The notes under the pieces were generated by a model. It saw nothing but the letters and a program-made list of their open reading frames with translations. It was not told the DNA's origin and did not search any database. The position numbers were made by a program, and so were the translations under genes. A DNA stretch of 64,000 bases from Alphaproteobacteria bacterium (GTDB lineage Bacteria > Pseudomonadota > Alphaproteobacteria > Bin95), in NCBI GenBank assembly GCA_964291285.2, contig OZ219787.1, positions 960,001-1,024,000 of the forward strand, given 5' to 3'. This document shows, one piece after another, positions 1 to 10,053 of this stretch. Every line of letters starts with the position of its first letter. The first letter of the stretch is position 1.

Positions 1-1123
1 TGCCGAAATGCTCGAGCTGCTCGAGCATCACCGAGAGCGGCGTGCCCATGCTGGACTGGACATTGACGTCCTCCAGCCCCGGATACTTGGCCTGCAGCGA
101 CTCCAGATAGTCGATGAAGCCCTCAGGCGGCCCGCAATACCAGGAGCCGGCCTCGACAGCGCGCTCCAGCGTCGGGATGTTCATCTCGGCCCAGTCGCCG
201 CGTTCGCTCACCCGCTGCAACTGCTCGGGTTTCATCGGCACCATGCCGAGCGGGGCGAACATCTTGACGTGCTCCTCGAAATAGGGCGACGCCTCGCGGA
301 TCGCCTTCTCCTTCGTCTCGGCGATGTGGAAGTTCAAGCCGATGCAGAGGTTCTCGCCGATCTGCACATCGTGCCCGGCGCGCTCCCAGGCCTCCTTGAA
401 GGCGACGATCGGCCGCTCCGCCATCAGCGCCGAGCCGCCGCCGACAATGCCCTTGATGCCGTGCTTCGCCATGAAGTCGAGCCCGCGCGGCTGGGCGCTC
501 ACGATCGGCTGCCAGCATTCCACCGGCTGGTTGACCGGGCGCGGCACCAGCGTGATCTCGTCCAGCTCGTAGCCGCGGTAGGGCACGCGCGGCGGCAGGG
601 TGTAATATTTGCCCTCGTGCCGGAAGGACTCCTCGCGGAAGGAGCGGAGCACGATCTCCGTCTGCTCCTCGAACATGTCGCGGTTGGCGTCGCCGTCCAT
701 CAGGATGCCGCCCAGCGTCTCGACCTCGCGGGTGTGGTAGCCGCGCCCGACGCCGAAGATCACCCGGCCGCCGGTCAGGATGTCGGCGGTGGCGAAGTCC
801 TCCGCGAGGCGGAGCGGGTGCCACATTGTGGTGACGTTGAAGCCGCAGCCGAAGCGGAGCCGCTTGGTCAGGTGCGCCAGATGCACGAAGAACAGCGGCA
901 GGTTCGGGATGCACTCATAGCCTTCATGCTGGAAATGGTGCTCGGCCAGCCAGAAGGCGTCGTAGCCGAGTTCGTCCATGGCGACCGCCATCTTCTCGGT
1001 CTTTTCGAATACCGAGGCCAGCCGGTCGTTGTCGTAGCGCCGGTCGTTCGCCGGCGTGGCGTCCTGGCCCATGTCGTCCAGGTCGATATGCCCGGCGAAC
1101 AGGCTTCCGAAGCGCTTGATCAC
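1..1123 (-). CDS. LLM-class (luciferase-like) flavin-dependent oxidoreductase, 3' end outside window
   Basis: Hand translation from GTG at 1123 with GGAGGA RBS gives MIKRFGSLFAGH...GYDAFWLAEHHF...WHPLRLAEDFATADILTGGRVIFGVGRGY, which are LLM motifs. It is absent from the ORF track because it runs off the window edge. Confidence 0.9.
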   Translation of the reverse strand, partial: MIKRFGSLFAGHIDLDDMGQDATPANDRRYDNDRLASVFEKTEKMAVAMDELGYDAFWLAEHHFQHEGYECIPNLPLFFVHLAHLTKRLRFGCGFNVTTMWHPLRLAEDFATADILTGGRVIFGVGRGYHTREVETLGGILMDGDANRDMFEEQTEIVLRSFREESFRHEGKYYTLPPRVPYRGYELDEITLVPRPVNQPVECWQPIVSAQPRGLDFMAKHGIKGIVGGGSALMAERPIVAFKEAWERAGHDVQIGENLCIGLNFHIAETKEKAIREASPYFEEHVKMFAPLGMVPMKPEQLQRVSERGDWAEMNIPTLERAVEAGSWYCGPPEGFIDYLESLQAKYPGLEDVNVQSSMGTPLSVMLEQLEHFG

Positions 1124-1216
1124 AGTCTCGTTCCTCCGTCGCGTCCTGCGGATTGGGTGCCCGGCGGGGAGCATACAGATGCAAGGCCCGCCGCAGAAGC
1201 CGGGCCGCTCCGCCCC

Positions 1217-2308
1217 CTACTCCATAACGATGCGCGGCGCCGCGGGGCCGGTGGCGCGGCGGTTTTCGACCTGCTGCCAGAGGCGGGCGGCGATGTCGCG
1301 GAAGGCGCGGCCCGAGGGGGAGGCGTCGTCGTCGGCCGCGGGCTCGCCGGCGTCGCAGCGTTCGCGAAGCTCCAGCACGAGCGGCACCTCGCCGAGGAAG
1401 GGAGCGCCGAGCTTCTCTGCCTCCGCGCGCGCGCCGCCCGCGCCGAAGATGTGCGTGCCTTCGCCGCAATGCGGGCAGATGAACACCGACATGTTCTCGA
1501 CCAGCCCCAGCACCGGCACCTCGACCTTGTCGAACATGGCGATGCCGCGCCTGGCGTCCAGCAGCGCGATGTCCTGCGGCGTCGAGACGATCACCGCGCC
1601 CGTCAGCGGCACGCGCTGGGAGAGCGTCAACTGTGCGTCGCCCGTGCCCGGCGGCATGTCGATCAGCAGGATGTCGAGCGCGCCCCAGGCGACGTCGCCG
1701 ACAAGCTGCTGCACGGCGCTCATCACCATCGGCCCGCGCCAGATCATCGCCGTCTCTTCCGAGATCAGGAAGCCGATCGACATGCAGGCCACGCCCCATC
1801 GCCGCATCGGCAGGAGCGTCTTCCCGCCCGCGAGCGCGGGCTTGCCGGAAATGCCCATCATGCGCGGCAGGGAAGGCCCGTAAATGTCGCTGTCCATGAG
1901 GCCGACCGCGAGGCCCTGCCGGGCGAGCGCCACGGCGAGATTGACGGCGACCGTGGATTTGCCGACCCCGCCCTTGCCGGAGGCGACGGCCACGACGGCC
2001 CCGACGCCGGGCAGTTCGATCCGTCCCTGGCCCCGTCCGGACGCCGCGCCGGAGGGCTGGCGCTCCGGCGGCGGGGCGGGCGCGGCGCGCTCCGCGGTCA
2101 GCACGACGGTGGCGCTGGTGACGCCCGGCAGGCGGGCGAGCGCGGCCTCGACGGCGCGGCGCTCATTGCCGGCTTCCCCGGCCTGGCCGGGGTCCACCTC
2201 CAGCGAGACCTGCACCGCGCCGTCCTTCGCTGCGACGCCGCCCACGCGGGCGATGCGCGCCACGGCCTCCGCTGCGGCACGGATCTCGGCTTCGGTCGGT
2301 CCGGCCAT
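1217..2308 (-). CDS. apbC: Mrp/NBP35 Fe-S cluster carrier ATPase
   Basis: ASGKGGVGKST P-loop, DIYGPS, WRGPM, DMPPGTGD and CPHC motifs. Confidence 0.93.
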   Translation of the reverse strand: MAGPTEAEIRAAAEAVARIARVGGVAAKDGAVQVSLEVDPGQAGEAGNERRAVEAALARLPGVTSATVVLTAERAAPAPPPERQPSGAASGRGQGRIELPGVGAVVAVASGKGGVGKSTVAVNLAVALARQGLAVGLMDSDIYGPSLPRMMGISGKPALAGGKTLLPMRRWGVACMSIGFLISEETAMIWRGPMVMSAVQQLVGDVAWGALDILLIDMPPGTGDAQLTLSQRVPLTGAVIVSTPQDIALLDARRGIAMFDKVEVPVLGLVENMSVFICPHCGEGTHIFGAGGARAEAEKLGAPFLGEVPLVLELRERCDAGEPAADDDASPSGRAFRDIAARLWQQVENRRATGPAAPRIVME

Positions 2309-2436
2309 CGTCGCTCAGTGCCTCCGCACGGGGTTTCAGGATGCGCGGCCCCATTCCAACACCGGGCGCCCTGTTCTATAAGGCGCCATGCGGGAAATCG
2401 GCGGTCGCGCGCAGAACGGCAACGAGAGGTAGGCCC

Positions 2437-3627
2437 ATGCCCTGGCAGAATCAAGGCGGAGGCGGCGGCGGCCCGTGGGGCGGCGGCGGCGGTGGCGGTC
2501 CCTGGGGCGGCGGCGGTGGCGGCGGCCCGTGGGGCGGCGGCGGAGGCGGCAACCAGGGCGGCGGCGGTGGCTGGGGCGGCGGACGCGGCCCCGGCGGCGG
2601 TCCGCAGGCTCCCAATGTCGAGGAGGCGATCCGGCGCCTGCAGGACTGGCTGCGCCGGCGCATGCCGGGCGGCGGGGCCGGCGGCCGCGGCGGGCGCATC
2701 GGCATCCTGCTGGTCGTCGTCGTGCTGCTCGCGATCTGGGTGCTGAGCGGCTTCTACCGCGTGCAGACGGACGAGCAGGGCGTCGTGCTGCGCTTCGGCG
2801 AGCGCGTCGGCACCACCACGCCCGGCCTCAACTACCATCTGCCCTATCCCATCGAGACGGTCGAGACGCCGAAGGTGACGCGGGTCAACCGCGTCGAGGT
2901 CGGCTTCCGCAGCGCCGAGGAAGCGCTGATGCTGACCGGCGACGAGAACATCGTCGATATCAACTTCGTCGTCTTCTGGATCATCAAGGACGCCGGCGAC
3001 TACCTGTTCAACGTGCGCGAGCCGGAACGGTCGGTGAAGGCGGCTGCCGAGAGCGTGATGCGCGAGATCGTCGGGCAGACGCCCATCGCGGCCGCGCTCG
3101 CCGAGGGCCGCGGCCAGATCGAGGACAAGGTCAAGGCCGGCGTGCAGGGCATCCTGGACGACTACCGGACCGGCATCGAGATCACCAATGTGCAGCTCCT
3201 CAAGGTCGATCCGCCGAACCAGGTGGTCGATGCCTTCCGCGACGTGCAGCGCGCCCGCGCGGACCAGGAGCGGCTGCGCAACGAGGCGGAAGCCTACGCC
3301 AACGACATCATCCCCCGCGCGCGCGGCGAGGCGGAGCGGCTGGTGCAGGAGGCGGAGGCCTACAAGCAGGAGGTCGTGGCACGCTCCGAAGGCGACGCCC
3401 AGCGCTTCACCCAGGTCTATACGGCCTTCAGGGCCGCCAAGGACGTGACCACCAAGCGCATCTATCTGGAGACGATGGAGGAAATCTTCGCCAACGCGGA
3501 GAAATACGTCATCGACCAGGGCGGCGGGGCGTCCGGCGTGGTGCCATACCTGCCGTTGCCCGAGGTGCAGAAGCGGATCAAGGCGAATGAGGCCGGAACG
3601 CAATCCGGCGCGGGAGACCTGCAATGA
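2437..3627 (+). CDS. hflK: FtsH modulator HflK
   Basis: MPWQNQ start, Gly-rich N-terminus, TM segment, SPFH domain (MLTGDENIVD, AFRDVQRA); overlaps hflC. Confidence 0.95.
   Translation: MPWQNQGGGGGGPWGGGGGGGPWGGGGGGGPWGGGGGGNQGGGGGWGGGRGPGGGPQAPNVEEAIRRLQDWLRRRMPGGGAGGRGGRIGILLVVVVLLAIWVLSGFYRVQTDEQGVVLRFGERVGTTTPGLNYHLPYPIETVETPKVTRVNRVEVGFRSAEEALMLTGDENIVDINFVVFWIIKDAGDYLFNVREPERSVKAAAESVMREIVGQTPIAAALAEGRGQIEDKVKAGVQGILDDYRTGIEITNVQLLKVDPPNQVVDAFRDVQRARADQERLRNEAEAYANDIIPRARGEAERLVQEAEAYKQEVVARSEGDAQRFTQVYTAFRAAKDVTTKRIYLETMEEIFANAEKYVIDQGGGASGVVPYLPLPEVQKRIKANEAGTQSGAGDLQ
2455..2603 (+). repeat. Gly-rich tandem repeat (G6-7PW x3) in the HflK N-terminus
   Basis: GGC-rich ~27-bp units ending in CCN TGG. 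Confidence 0.8.
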
Positions 3628-4511
3628 TGAGGCATGCGGCGCTTTTCGGCGGCGCGATCCTGCTGATCGTGCTCGCCATCCTCGCGGCCAGCGCGCTGTT
3701 CACCGTCCACCAGACGCAGCAGGCCATCGTCATGCAGTTCGGCAACCCGAAACGCGTGGTCCAGGAGCCGGGGCTGCATGTGAAGGCGCCCTTCTGGCAG
3801 AACGTGGTCTATTTCGACGCCCGCGTGCTGGACTTCGCGCCGCAGGGCGAGGAGATCATCACCTCGGACCAGAAGCGCATCGTGGTGGACAGCTTCGTGC
3901 GCTACCGCATCGACGACCCGCTCAAATTCTTCCAGTCGGTCGGCACCGAAACCCGCGTCCAGAGCCGGCTTGCCGGCGTGGTCGTCTCCAGCCTGCGGCG
4001 CGTCGTCGGCAATAACAGCTTCAGTTCGATCCTCTCCGAGGAACGCGGCGACATCATGGCCAATATCCAGAGCGAGGTGAACGCGGCGGCCACGGAGTTC
4101 GGCATCGAGATCGTCGATTTCCGCGTGCGCCGCACGGACCTGCCGGACGCCAATGCGCAGTCGATCTACCAGCGCATGCGCACCGAGCGCGAACGCGAGG
4201 CCAAGGAGTTCCGCGCCCAGGGCGCCGAGGTGGCGCAGCGCATCCGCGCCCGCGCCGACCGCGAGCGCACGGTGCTGATCGCCGAGTCGCAGAAGAAGTC
4301 GCAGATCCTGCGCGGCGAGGGCGATGCGGACGCGATCCGCATCTATGCCGAGAGCTTCGGGCAGGACCCGGACTTCTTCGCCTTCTACCGCTCGATGGAG
4401 GCCTACCGGAACGCGCTCGGCAAGGAGAACACGACGCTCGTGCTGAGCCCGGACAGCGACTTCTTCGACTTCTTCGGCGACATCTCCGGCAGGGCTTCAA
4501 GAAGCGAGTAA
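3624..4511 (+). CDS. hflC: FtsH modulator HflC
   Basis: SPFH domain, RMRTERER and DPDFFAFYRSMEAY motifs. Confidence 0.95.
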   Translation: MMRHAALFGGAILLIVLAILAASALFTVHQTQQAIVMQFGNPKRVVQEPGLHVKAPFWQNVVYFDARVLDFAPQGEEIITSDQKRIVVDSFVRYRIDDPLKFFQSVGTETRVQSRLAGVVVSSLRRVVGNNSFSSILSEERGDIMANIQSEVNAAATEFGIEIVDFRVRRTDLPDANAQSIYQRMRTEREREAKEFRAQGAEVAQRIRARADRERTVLIAESQKKSQILRGEGDADAIRIYAESFGQDPDFFAFYRSMEAYRNALGKENTTLVLSPDSDFFDFFGDISGRASRSE

Positions 4512-4536
4512 GCGCACCGCCGGCCCCGCCCGCCCG

Positions 4537-4743
4537 ATGGAGGATTTCCCCCTCGGCGACTTCCTCGCCGCGCTCGGCCTCGCCCTGGTGCTGGAAGGCG
4601 CCGTCTGGCTCGCCGCGCCGCAGTCCATGCGCCGCTTCATGCTCCGCCTCGCCGGCTACTCCCCCGCCATCCTCCGCTTCTGCGGCCTGACCGCGGCGAT
4701 GCTGGGGCTGGCGGTGGTCTGGGCGGCGAGAAGGTGGGTGTAA
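4537..4743 (+). CDS. DUF2065 small membrane protein
   Basis: ALGLALVLEG...LRFCGL; usual position after hflC. Confidence 0.85.
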   Translation: MEDFPLGDFLAALGLALVLEGAVWLAAPQSMRRFMLRLAGYSPAILRFCGLTAAMLGLAVVWAARRWV

Positions 4744-4770
4744 GGAAGCGCCCCGAGTTCGGGCAGTGTC

Positions 4771-5433
4771 TCACTTTGACTTTTTCGGCCACGGGCCAGC
4801 GGCGGCGATAGAGGAGGGCAGCCCCGCGTCACGGACGATTGCCGGATCGACGGCATAAACGCGCAAACCGTTCTTCCACCATTTCGAGTAGAGATCGTCG
4901 ATTTGGGAGCGGATACGCCAGCAATACCGCAGCAACACTTCGGCCGCCTCCAGCCGAATGAGATAGCCTCTGCCGCTCATGCGCCTGCGGCACTGGATGA
5001 GCCGCCGGCTGCTGTCCAGCGCGGCGACCATGCGGACCATCCGCTGTGGCCTTTTCGTTTCGGCGAGATAGGCGACATCCCATTCGTCCTGAAGGGACAT
5101 GATCTCCGCGACGGTCTCCCGGAACCCGTCCTCCAGCCGCGCGTCGTCTTCCAAGATGAGCGCACAGGGCGTCCGGGTCTCGACCAGGCGCTCCCACAAG
5201 CCGTAGTGTGACAGGAAGCAACCGACCTCGCCTGGGCGCAGGTTGCGACGCCGCATGATGCGGAACCACATAGTGTCCAGACGATCAGCAAAGCTCGCGA
5301 CATCAAGCGCCGCGCCGTCCACGCCTTCGAAGAATTCGAAGTCGAAGCCGGTCAGTTCCTGCGCCATGAGGGCGCGGCGTTCCGGCTCACGGGTGAGGGA
5401 AATAACGAAGATAGGCGGCGTTGCGCTCGACAT
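4771..5433 (-). CDS. Glycosyltransferase family 25 (LPS biosynthesis type)
   Basis: FVISL...RR, FFEGVDG, GEVGCFLSH, LILEDDA motifs. Confidence 0.9.
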   Translation of the reverse strand: MSSATPPIFVISLTREPERRALMAQELTGFDFEFFEGVDGAALDVASFADRLDTMWFRIMRRRNLRPGEVGCFLSHYGLWERLVETRTPCALILEDDARLEDGFRETVAEIMSLQDEWDVAYLAETKRPQRMVRMVAALDSSRRLIQCRRRMSGRGYLIRLEAAEVLLRYCWRIRSQIDDLYSKWWKNGLRVYAVDPAIVRDAGLPSSIAAAGPWPKKSK

Positions 5434-5447
5434 GACGGACCTCGCAA

Positions 5448-6899
5448 GATCGTGCCCCCGCGGGTGGTGTAAGAGCCTGGCGTCCGTAGCGGTGTCCGGC
5501 GGGTAGGGCCGGAACGCTCAGGCTGCCACGGCGGGCAACTTGACGGTTGTATTGTCGCTCACGGGAGCGATGGATTCCAGCGTCATGTATCTGGCTCTCT
5601 GGACTGCCCATTCATCGTTCTGCTCGAGCAGGATTGCGCCGATCAGCCGGGTGATGGCGTCCTCGTTGGGGAAGATGCCGACGGTGTTTGTGCGCCGCTT
5701 GATCTCGCCGTGGAGGCGTTCGAGCGGGTTTGTCGAGTGCAGCTTGGCGCGGTGCGCGGCCGGGAAGGTCATGTAGGCGAGAACATCGTGCTCGGCCTCG
5801 TCCATGATGGCGGCGAGCTTTGGCGCCTTGGGCCTGAGCTGGTCGGCGACCTGGCGCCACTGGGCGGAGGCGCTGTCTGCATCCTCCTGGGCGAAGGCGG
5901 TAGTGACGAAGGCGGAGACGACGCGCCGGCCCTGCTTGCCGGCATGGGCGAGCAGGTTGCGCATGAAGTGGACGCGGCATCTCTGCCAGGTGGCGCCGAA
6001 GATGCGGGTGGCGGCGGCCTTCAGGCCCTTGTGGTCGTCGGAGATCACCAGCTTGACGCCGCGCAGGCCGCGGCGGGCGAGCGAGCGCAGGAAGTCGGTC
6101 CAGAAGGTCTCGGCCTCGGACGCGCCGATCGCCATGCCGAGCACCTCGCGCCGGCCCTGATCGTTGACCGCCACCGCGATGGTGACCGCGACCGAGACGA
6201 CGCGCCCGGCCTCGCGCATCTTCACATAGGTCGCGTCAAGCCAGAGATACGGCCAGTCGCCCTCCAGCGGCCGGTCGAGGAAGTCGCGGATCTTGTCGTC
6301 GATCTCGCCGCACAGCCGCGACACCTGGCTCTTGGAGATGCCCGACATGCCCATCGCCTGCACCAGGTCGTCCACCGAGCGGGTCGATACGCCCTTGATG
6401 TAGGCCTCCTGGATCACCGCCGTCAGCGCCTTCTCCGCCATCCGCCGCGGTTCAAGGAAGCCCGGGAAGTAGCTCCCCTTGCGCAGCTTCGGGATCTTCA
6501 GTTCGACCGTGCCGGCCCGCGTCTCCCAGACCCGGTCCCGGTAGCCGTTGCGCTGCGTGATCCGGTCCGGCGAGCGCTCGCCGTGCGCGGCGCCCGCAAG
6601 GCCCTCAACCTCAAGCGCCATCAGACGCGCGGCCGTGAACCCGATCATCTCGCGAAGCAGGTCGGCGTCGGAACTCTTCTCCAACAGCGCCCGCAGGGTC
6701 ATCATGTCGGTGGTGGTCATCGTGGTACTCCTCCGGTCAGGTGGACTGTGACAGCCCAACCCTAACCGGCACCGCGATGGCCTCCGCTGTGGGTAAGTGG
6801 CCCGCCGCCGCCTGACTCCAGACGGTCGCGGCGGCGGGCCACTTACCCACAGCTACCACCGGAAGCTTCAGCTCCTACACCACCCCTGGGGACACGACC
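5448..6899 (-). mobile_element. IS256-family insertion sequence, complete
   Basis: Imperfect terminal IRs (GATCGTGCCCCCGCGGGTGGTGTAAGAGC vs reverse complement GGTCGTGTCCCCAGGGGTGGTGTAGGAGC); 9-bp direct repeat ACCTCGCAA at 5439-5447 and 6900-6908. Confidence 0.93.
5518..6720 (-). CDS. IS256-family (Mutator-type) DDE transposase
   Basis: [39 protein letters not shown] motifs. Confidence 0.95.
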   Translation of the reverse strand: MTTTDMMTLRALLEKSSDADLLREMIGFTAARLMALEVEGLAGAAHGERSPDRITQRNGYRDRVWETRAGTVELKIPKLRKGSYFPGFLEPRRMAEKALTAVIQEAYIKGVSTRSVDDLVQAMGMSGISKSQVSRLCGEIDDKIRDFLDRPLEGDWPYLWLDATYVKMREAGRVVSVAVTIAVAVNDQGRREVLGMAIGASEAETFWTDFLRSLARRGLRGVKLVISDDHKGLKAAATRIFGATWQRCRVHFMRNLLAHAGKQGRRVVSAFVTTAFAQEDADSASAQWRQVADQLRPKAPKLAAIMDEAEHDVLAYMTFPAAHRAKLHSTNPLERLHGEIKRRTNTVGIFPNEDAITRLIGAILLEQNDEWAVQRARYMTLESIAPVSDNTTVKLPAVAA

Positions 6900-7319
6900 A
6901 CCTCGCAAGGCCCGACCGGGTGCCGGGCCGTTGCAATCACCGCACGAGGCTTAGTCGTGAGAGACCCCGCCTATTCGCCGGGCTCCGGGTGATCGGCCCG
7001 GTGCCGGGTTTCGGCTGTTGTATTTGACGGGCGACCCGACAGAGCGGGAAGCCTCATTCGGTGATTGCGGAAGTCAGTCTGCGTTCCGAAAACCATTGAT
7101 GCAAGCGCAGCATGGCCGCATTGATGCCGTGGCGCCGATCTTCGGGTGCCCGGTGAGCCGGCTTCCGGGGATGGACAATTGCCGGCAGGACGGCAGAACC
7201 GAAGGTAGAGTTTTGTTCAAAACATTTGAACTAATTCTCCATACATACTTGATAACGGAGAATCTAAGGCTATCTTGGATCAAGAGCAGGCGGTGCCCTT
7301 CGCGTGTCGGCCAGGGCCG

Positions 7320-9737
7320 CTACCAGCGGAGCGTGCCATTCAGCAACACGCCGCGCTCCGGCACCATGTCGTCCGCGTACTCCTTCCGCGTGGCATCGAG
7401 ATTGACTTCAAACCCCGGATCGCGCGGCGCCGCCGGGGTCAGGCGCCAGCCAAGGCGCCAGATTCGCGCCCCGCCGTCCGACAGCCCGAAGCCCAGGTTC
7501 GGCGTGCCGGTGAACCCGCCGCCGAACACGGCCATGCCATAGCCGATCCTGCCCTCCAGGCGGCTTGACGTCTCGAACCCGGCCCCGTCCGTTTCCGACG
7601 CCAGGCCCGTCAGCGTCTCGCGGGCGAACAGCGCGGCCACGCCGCCCGAAGAGGCAGTGCCCAAAGACTTGGTGAGGGACAATGACGGTCCGCGGTCGGT
7701 GGACCGGCGCGGGTCCCAGCCGACGGAGGCGCTCGAACTCCACTCGCGGAAGTCCGACGCACGGTGCGCGACCAGCCCGCGCCCCTTGAGATTGAGTGAG
7801 AGCCCGTTCGCCGGATCGGCAATGGCGAGGCTTCCGCCGAGCTCGGCGCCGAACCCCGTTTCCGCGTCGCCGCCGTCATGGCGCACCCCGATCTCGAAGC
7901 CCGGTTGGAAACGCCAGCCGCCCGGGGCCGCCGTCTTCTGCCATGTCCCTTCAAGGCTGAGCCGGAGCCGCGTTACCCGGGCTCGCGATACCGCAAGGCT
8001 TGCCTCGTCCCCGTCGGCTTCGTCGGAAGAGGTGCGCACGAGACGCGCATCGGACTTGACATGGAGTTCCAGAGCGCCCTCGGCGGGGGCCTTCATCAGC
8101 AACCCGCGCCCGCCGAACGCGCCCATCGCGAGGTCCATATCGGTCTCGACCTCGGCGTCGTTCTCGGGTTTCAGCGTAAACGTTCCCGACCCGTAGCCCG
8201 CAACCCCCCACACCGAAAGCCGTTCGCTCATCGCGTAGCGGCCCCAGGGGTAGAGGCCCGTGAGTGCCGATTCGACCTCGCCATTGCCGTTCGCGCTCCG
8301 GTAGCTGCCCTCGCCGCGGCTGTATGCCGACACGAGGCCCACCGTGCCCCGGCCGCGGGTGAAGTCCCCGCCCAGCATCGCGCTTGCCACCTCGCCGTCC
8401 AGCGTGAGGCTGCCGGCGCGTCCGTCGAAACCCGAGACGGCGCCGCGGCCCCATACCGCGCCGGAGCCGCCTTCCGCATTCGCGCCGGTCATGGCGAACG
8501 ACCAGCCCGCGAGCATGTCGCGGTTCGTCAGTCCGCGCGACACCGGAGCCGGCCGGTCGCCTTCGCGTTCTCCCAGCGCTTCCGCCTCCGGGCCACCGCC
8601 AATCCGGTGTCCGGCAAGGCTGGCTTCCATCCCGGCAGCCTGCGGCGCCGCCATACGGCTCTCGACCGCCTCGACGACCTGGTCCGCCACCGTGCGCCCG
8701 AAGCGGGCAAGCCACGCTTTCGGGACCGCATCCGGGTCGAGGGTTGCGCCGTCTGCGCCGAGATAGATGCCGGAACCGACGACAACCTTCTGCTCCGTGT
8801 TGGCCCCCTTGAAACTCACCGCGTAGCCGAGCTTCGGCGAACCGGTGTCCTCGTCTCCCTCAATGGTCGGGTCGTCATAGTGGTACCGCAGGAATTTCCT
8901 GCCCTCGCGCCGCGCGCCTCCGATCAGCTCCTCGGCGAACCTCACCCCGTTGATGTCCGTCCTCGTCATGTCCGTCGCCTTGCCTTCGCGAAACGGCTCG
9001 GTTGCATGAAAGAAGGTGACGCCGCCGGCGCTCACGACCCACAGGTAGACGGAGCCCGATTTCCAGTCCCCCCCTTCGACCCGGAAGGCGTTTCTGACCC
9101 CGGCGAGGTCCTGGTAGCCCGGGGACAGGATGGCGTCGCGGTACACCCTGGCTGCTTCCTCGACGAAGTCGATCAGGGTCTCGCGGTCCACGACCTGCGA
9201 TGCGGTGACCGCGGGCCTGGGCAGGTCGGCGATGCGGATCGGGACATGGGAGACGTCCTGCGAGTAGCCGCCGACCAGCACAAATATCCGTCCGGTGATC
9301 CCGGAGGTGTATTCGACGGCGTATGCCGTCTTCGGCTCGCCGTCATGGTACCGGACGAAGTCCCCGCCGCGGGCGGCGGCCGCAAGGAGTTCCTCGACGA
9401 CCCTGAAACCGTTGTCGTCCACGACGTCGAGCAGGTTCTTGTTTTCCGCAGAGCGGTCGTTCCCGTGGATGAACGGGTCCCCGTTCCTGAGAAACAGGAT
9501 GAGGAACATCGATCCGGCCTTCCACTCGCCCTCGGTTCTCAGCCTTTCCCTGAGCCTTGCTCCTTCGTTTATGTTCGTGATCGCCGCGATGTCAGCCGCC
9601 GCCCCATCGACGAAGGCCTTGAGGGTCGCGTCGTCCACCACCTGGTCGGCAGTCGTCCGGGCCCCGGCCCCGCCGCTCGCCAACAGAAACAATGCCAGGA
9701 CGGCAAAAGCCGGCGCAGCCTTGATGCTCAGTCGCAT
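7320..9737 (-). CDS. Autotransporter-like outer membrane protein with two N-terminal Cache-like repeats
   Basis: Signal peptide; two homologous ~150-aa units (TLKAFV..EGEWKAGSMFL..D.NG.R..EEL / TLIDFV..GGDWKSGSVYL..D.NG.R..EEL); AWLARFGRTVA linker; beta-barrel (RHDGGDAETGFG) ending in W. Confidence 0.75.
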   Translation of the reverse strand: MRLSIKAAPAFAVLALFLLASGGAGARTTADQVVDDATLKAFVDGAAADIAAITNINEGARLRERLRTEGEWKAGSMFLILFLRNGDPFIHGNDRSAENKNLLDVVDDNGFRVVEELLAAAARGGDFVRYHDGEPKTAYAVEYTSGITGRIFVLVGGYSQDVSHVPIRIADLPRPAVTASQVVDRETLIDFVEEAARVYRDAILSPGYQDLAGVRNAFRVEGGDWKSGSVYLWVVSAGGVTFFHATEPFREGKATDMTRTDINGVRFAEELIGGARREGRKFLRYHYDDPTIEGDEDTGSPKLGYAVSFKGANTEQKVVVGSGIYLGADGATLDPDAVPKAWLARFGRTVADQVVEAVESRMAAPQAAGMEASLAGHRIGGGPEAEALGEREGDRPAPVSRGLTNRDMLAGWSFAMTGANAEGGSGAVWGRGAVSGFDGRAGSLTLDGEVASAMLGGDFTRGRGTVGLVSAYSRGEGSYRSANGNGEVESALTGLYPWGRYAMSERLSVWGVAGYGSGTFTLKPENDAEVETDMDLAMGAFGGRGLLMKAPAEGALELHVKSDARLVRTSSDEADGDEASLAVSRARVTRLRLSLEGTWQKTAAPGGWRFQPGFEIGVRHDGGDAETGFGAELGGSLAIADPANGLSLNLKGRGLVAHRASDFREWSSSASVGWDPRRSTDRGPSLSLTKSLGTASSGGVAALFARETLTGLASETDGAGFETSSRLEGRIGYGMAVFGGGFTGTPNLGFGLSDGGARIWRLGWRLTPAAPRDPGFEVNLDATRKEYADDMVPERGVLLNGTLRW

Positions 9738-9934
9738 CTCATTCTCCTCATGACATAACGGTGGGATCGATATGCCCACAGTGATCAGGCGGACGTTGAG
9801 CGCGGCTTTCAGAAAGCCCGCTACCGCTTGGTTCGGACAGGAAGGCGGGGTCCGGCCTCCGACAATGTCCGGTTGCCTGCCGGACAGGCCGGACGTGCAG
9901 GTGGCAGCGTAAGCCGTTGTCGCCTGTTCCTCGT

Positions 9935-10053
9935 CCCTGCAGGACGAACGACCCGGATATGCTGAGAATGTCCGGATGTGAGTTCAGGACGTCGGACAGC
10001 ATGGTCGAATCGCAGCGTCCGGAGCTGACGACGATTGCCGGAGAGACGTCCAT
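9935..10053 (-). pseudogene. N-terminal fragment of a sulfotransferase
   Basis: MDVSPAIVVSSGRCDSTMLSDVLNSHPDI resembles the 5'-PAPS-binding GRSGST..L..HP motif; similarity is lost after ~40 codons. Confidence 0.6.

Noticed and set aside
8-2746. 912-aa plus-strand ORF and many other long ORFs in the track (e.g. 5710..6765, 7878..9758, 31264..32313, 52925..55144)
   Set aside because: Antisense or off-frame shadows of real genes in high-GC DNA, with no motifs.
6909-7319. Short ORFs and an AT-rich patch between IS256 and the autotransporter
   Set aside because: No recognisable motif or RBS; probably promoter remnant or decayed DNA.
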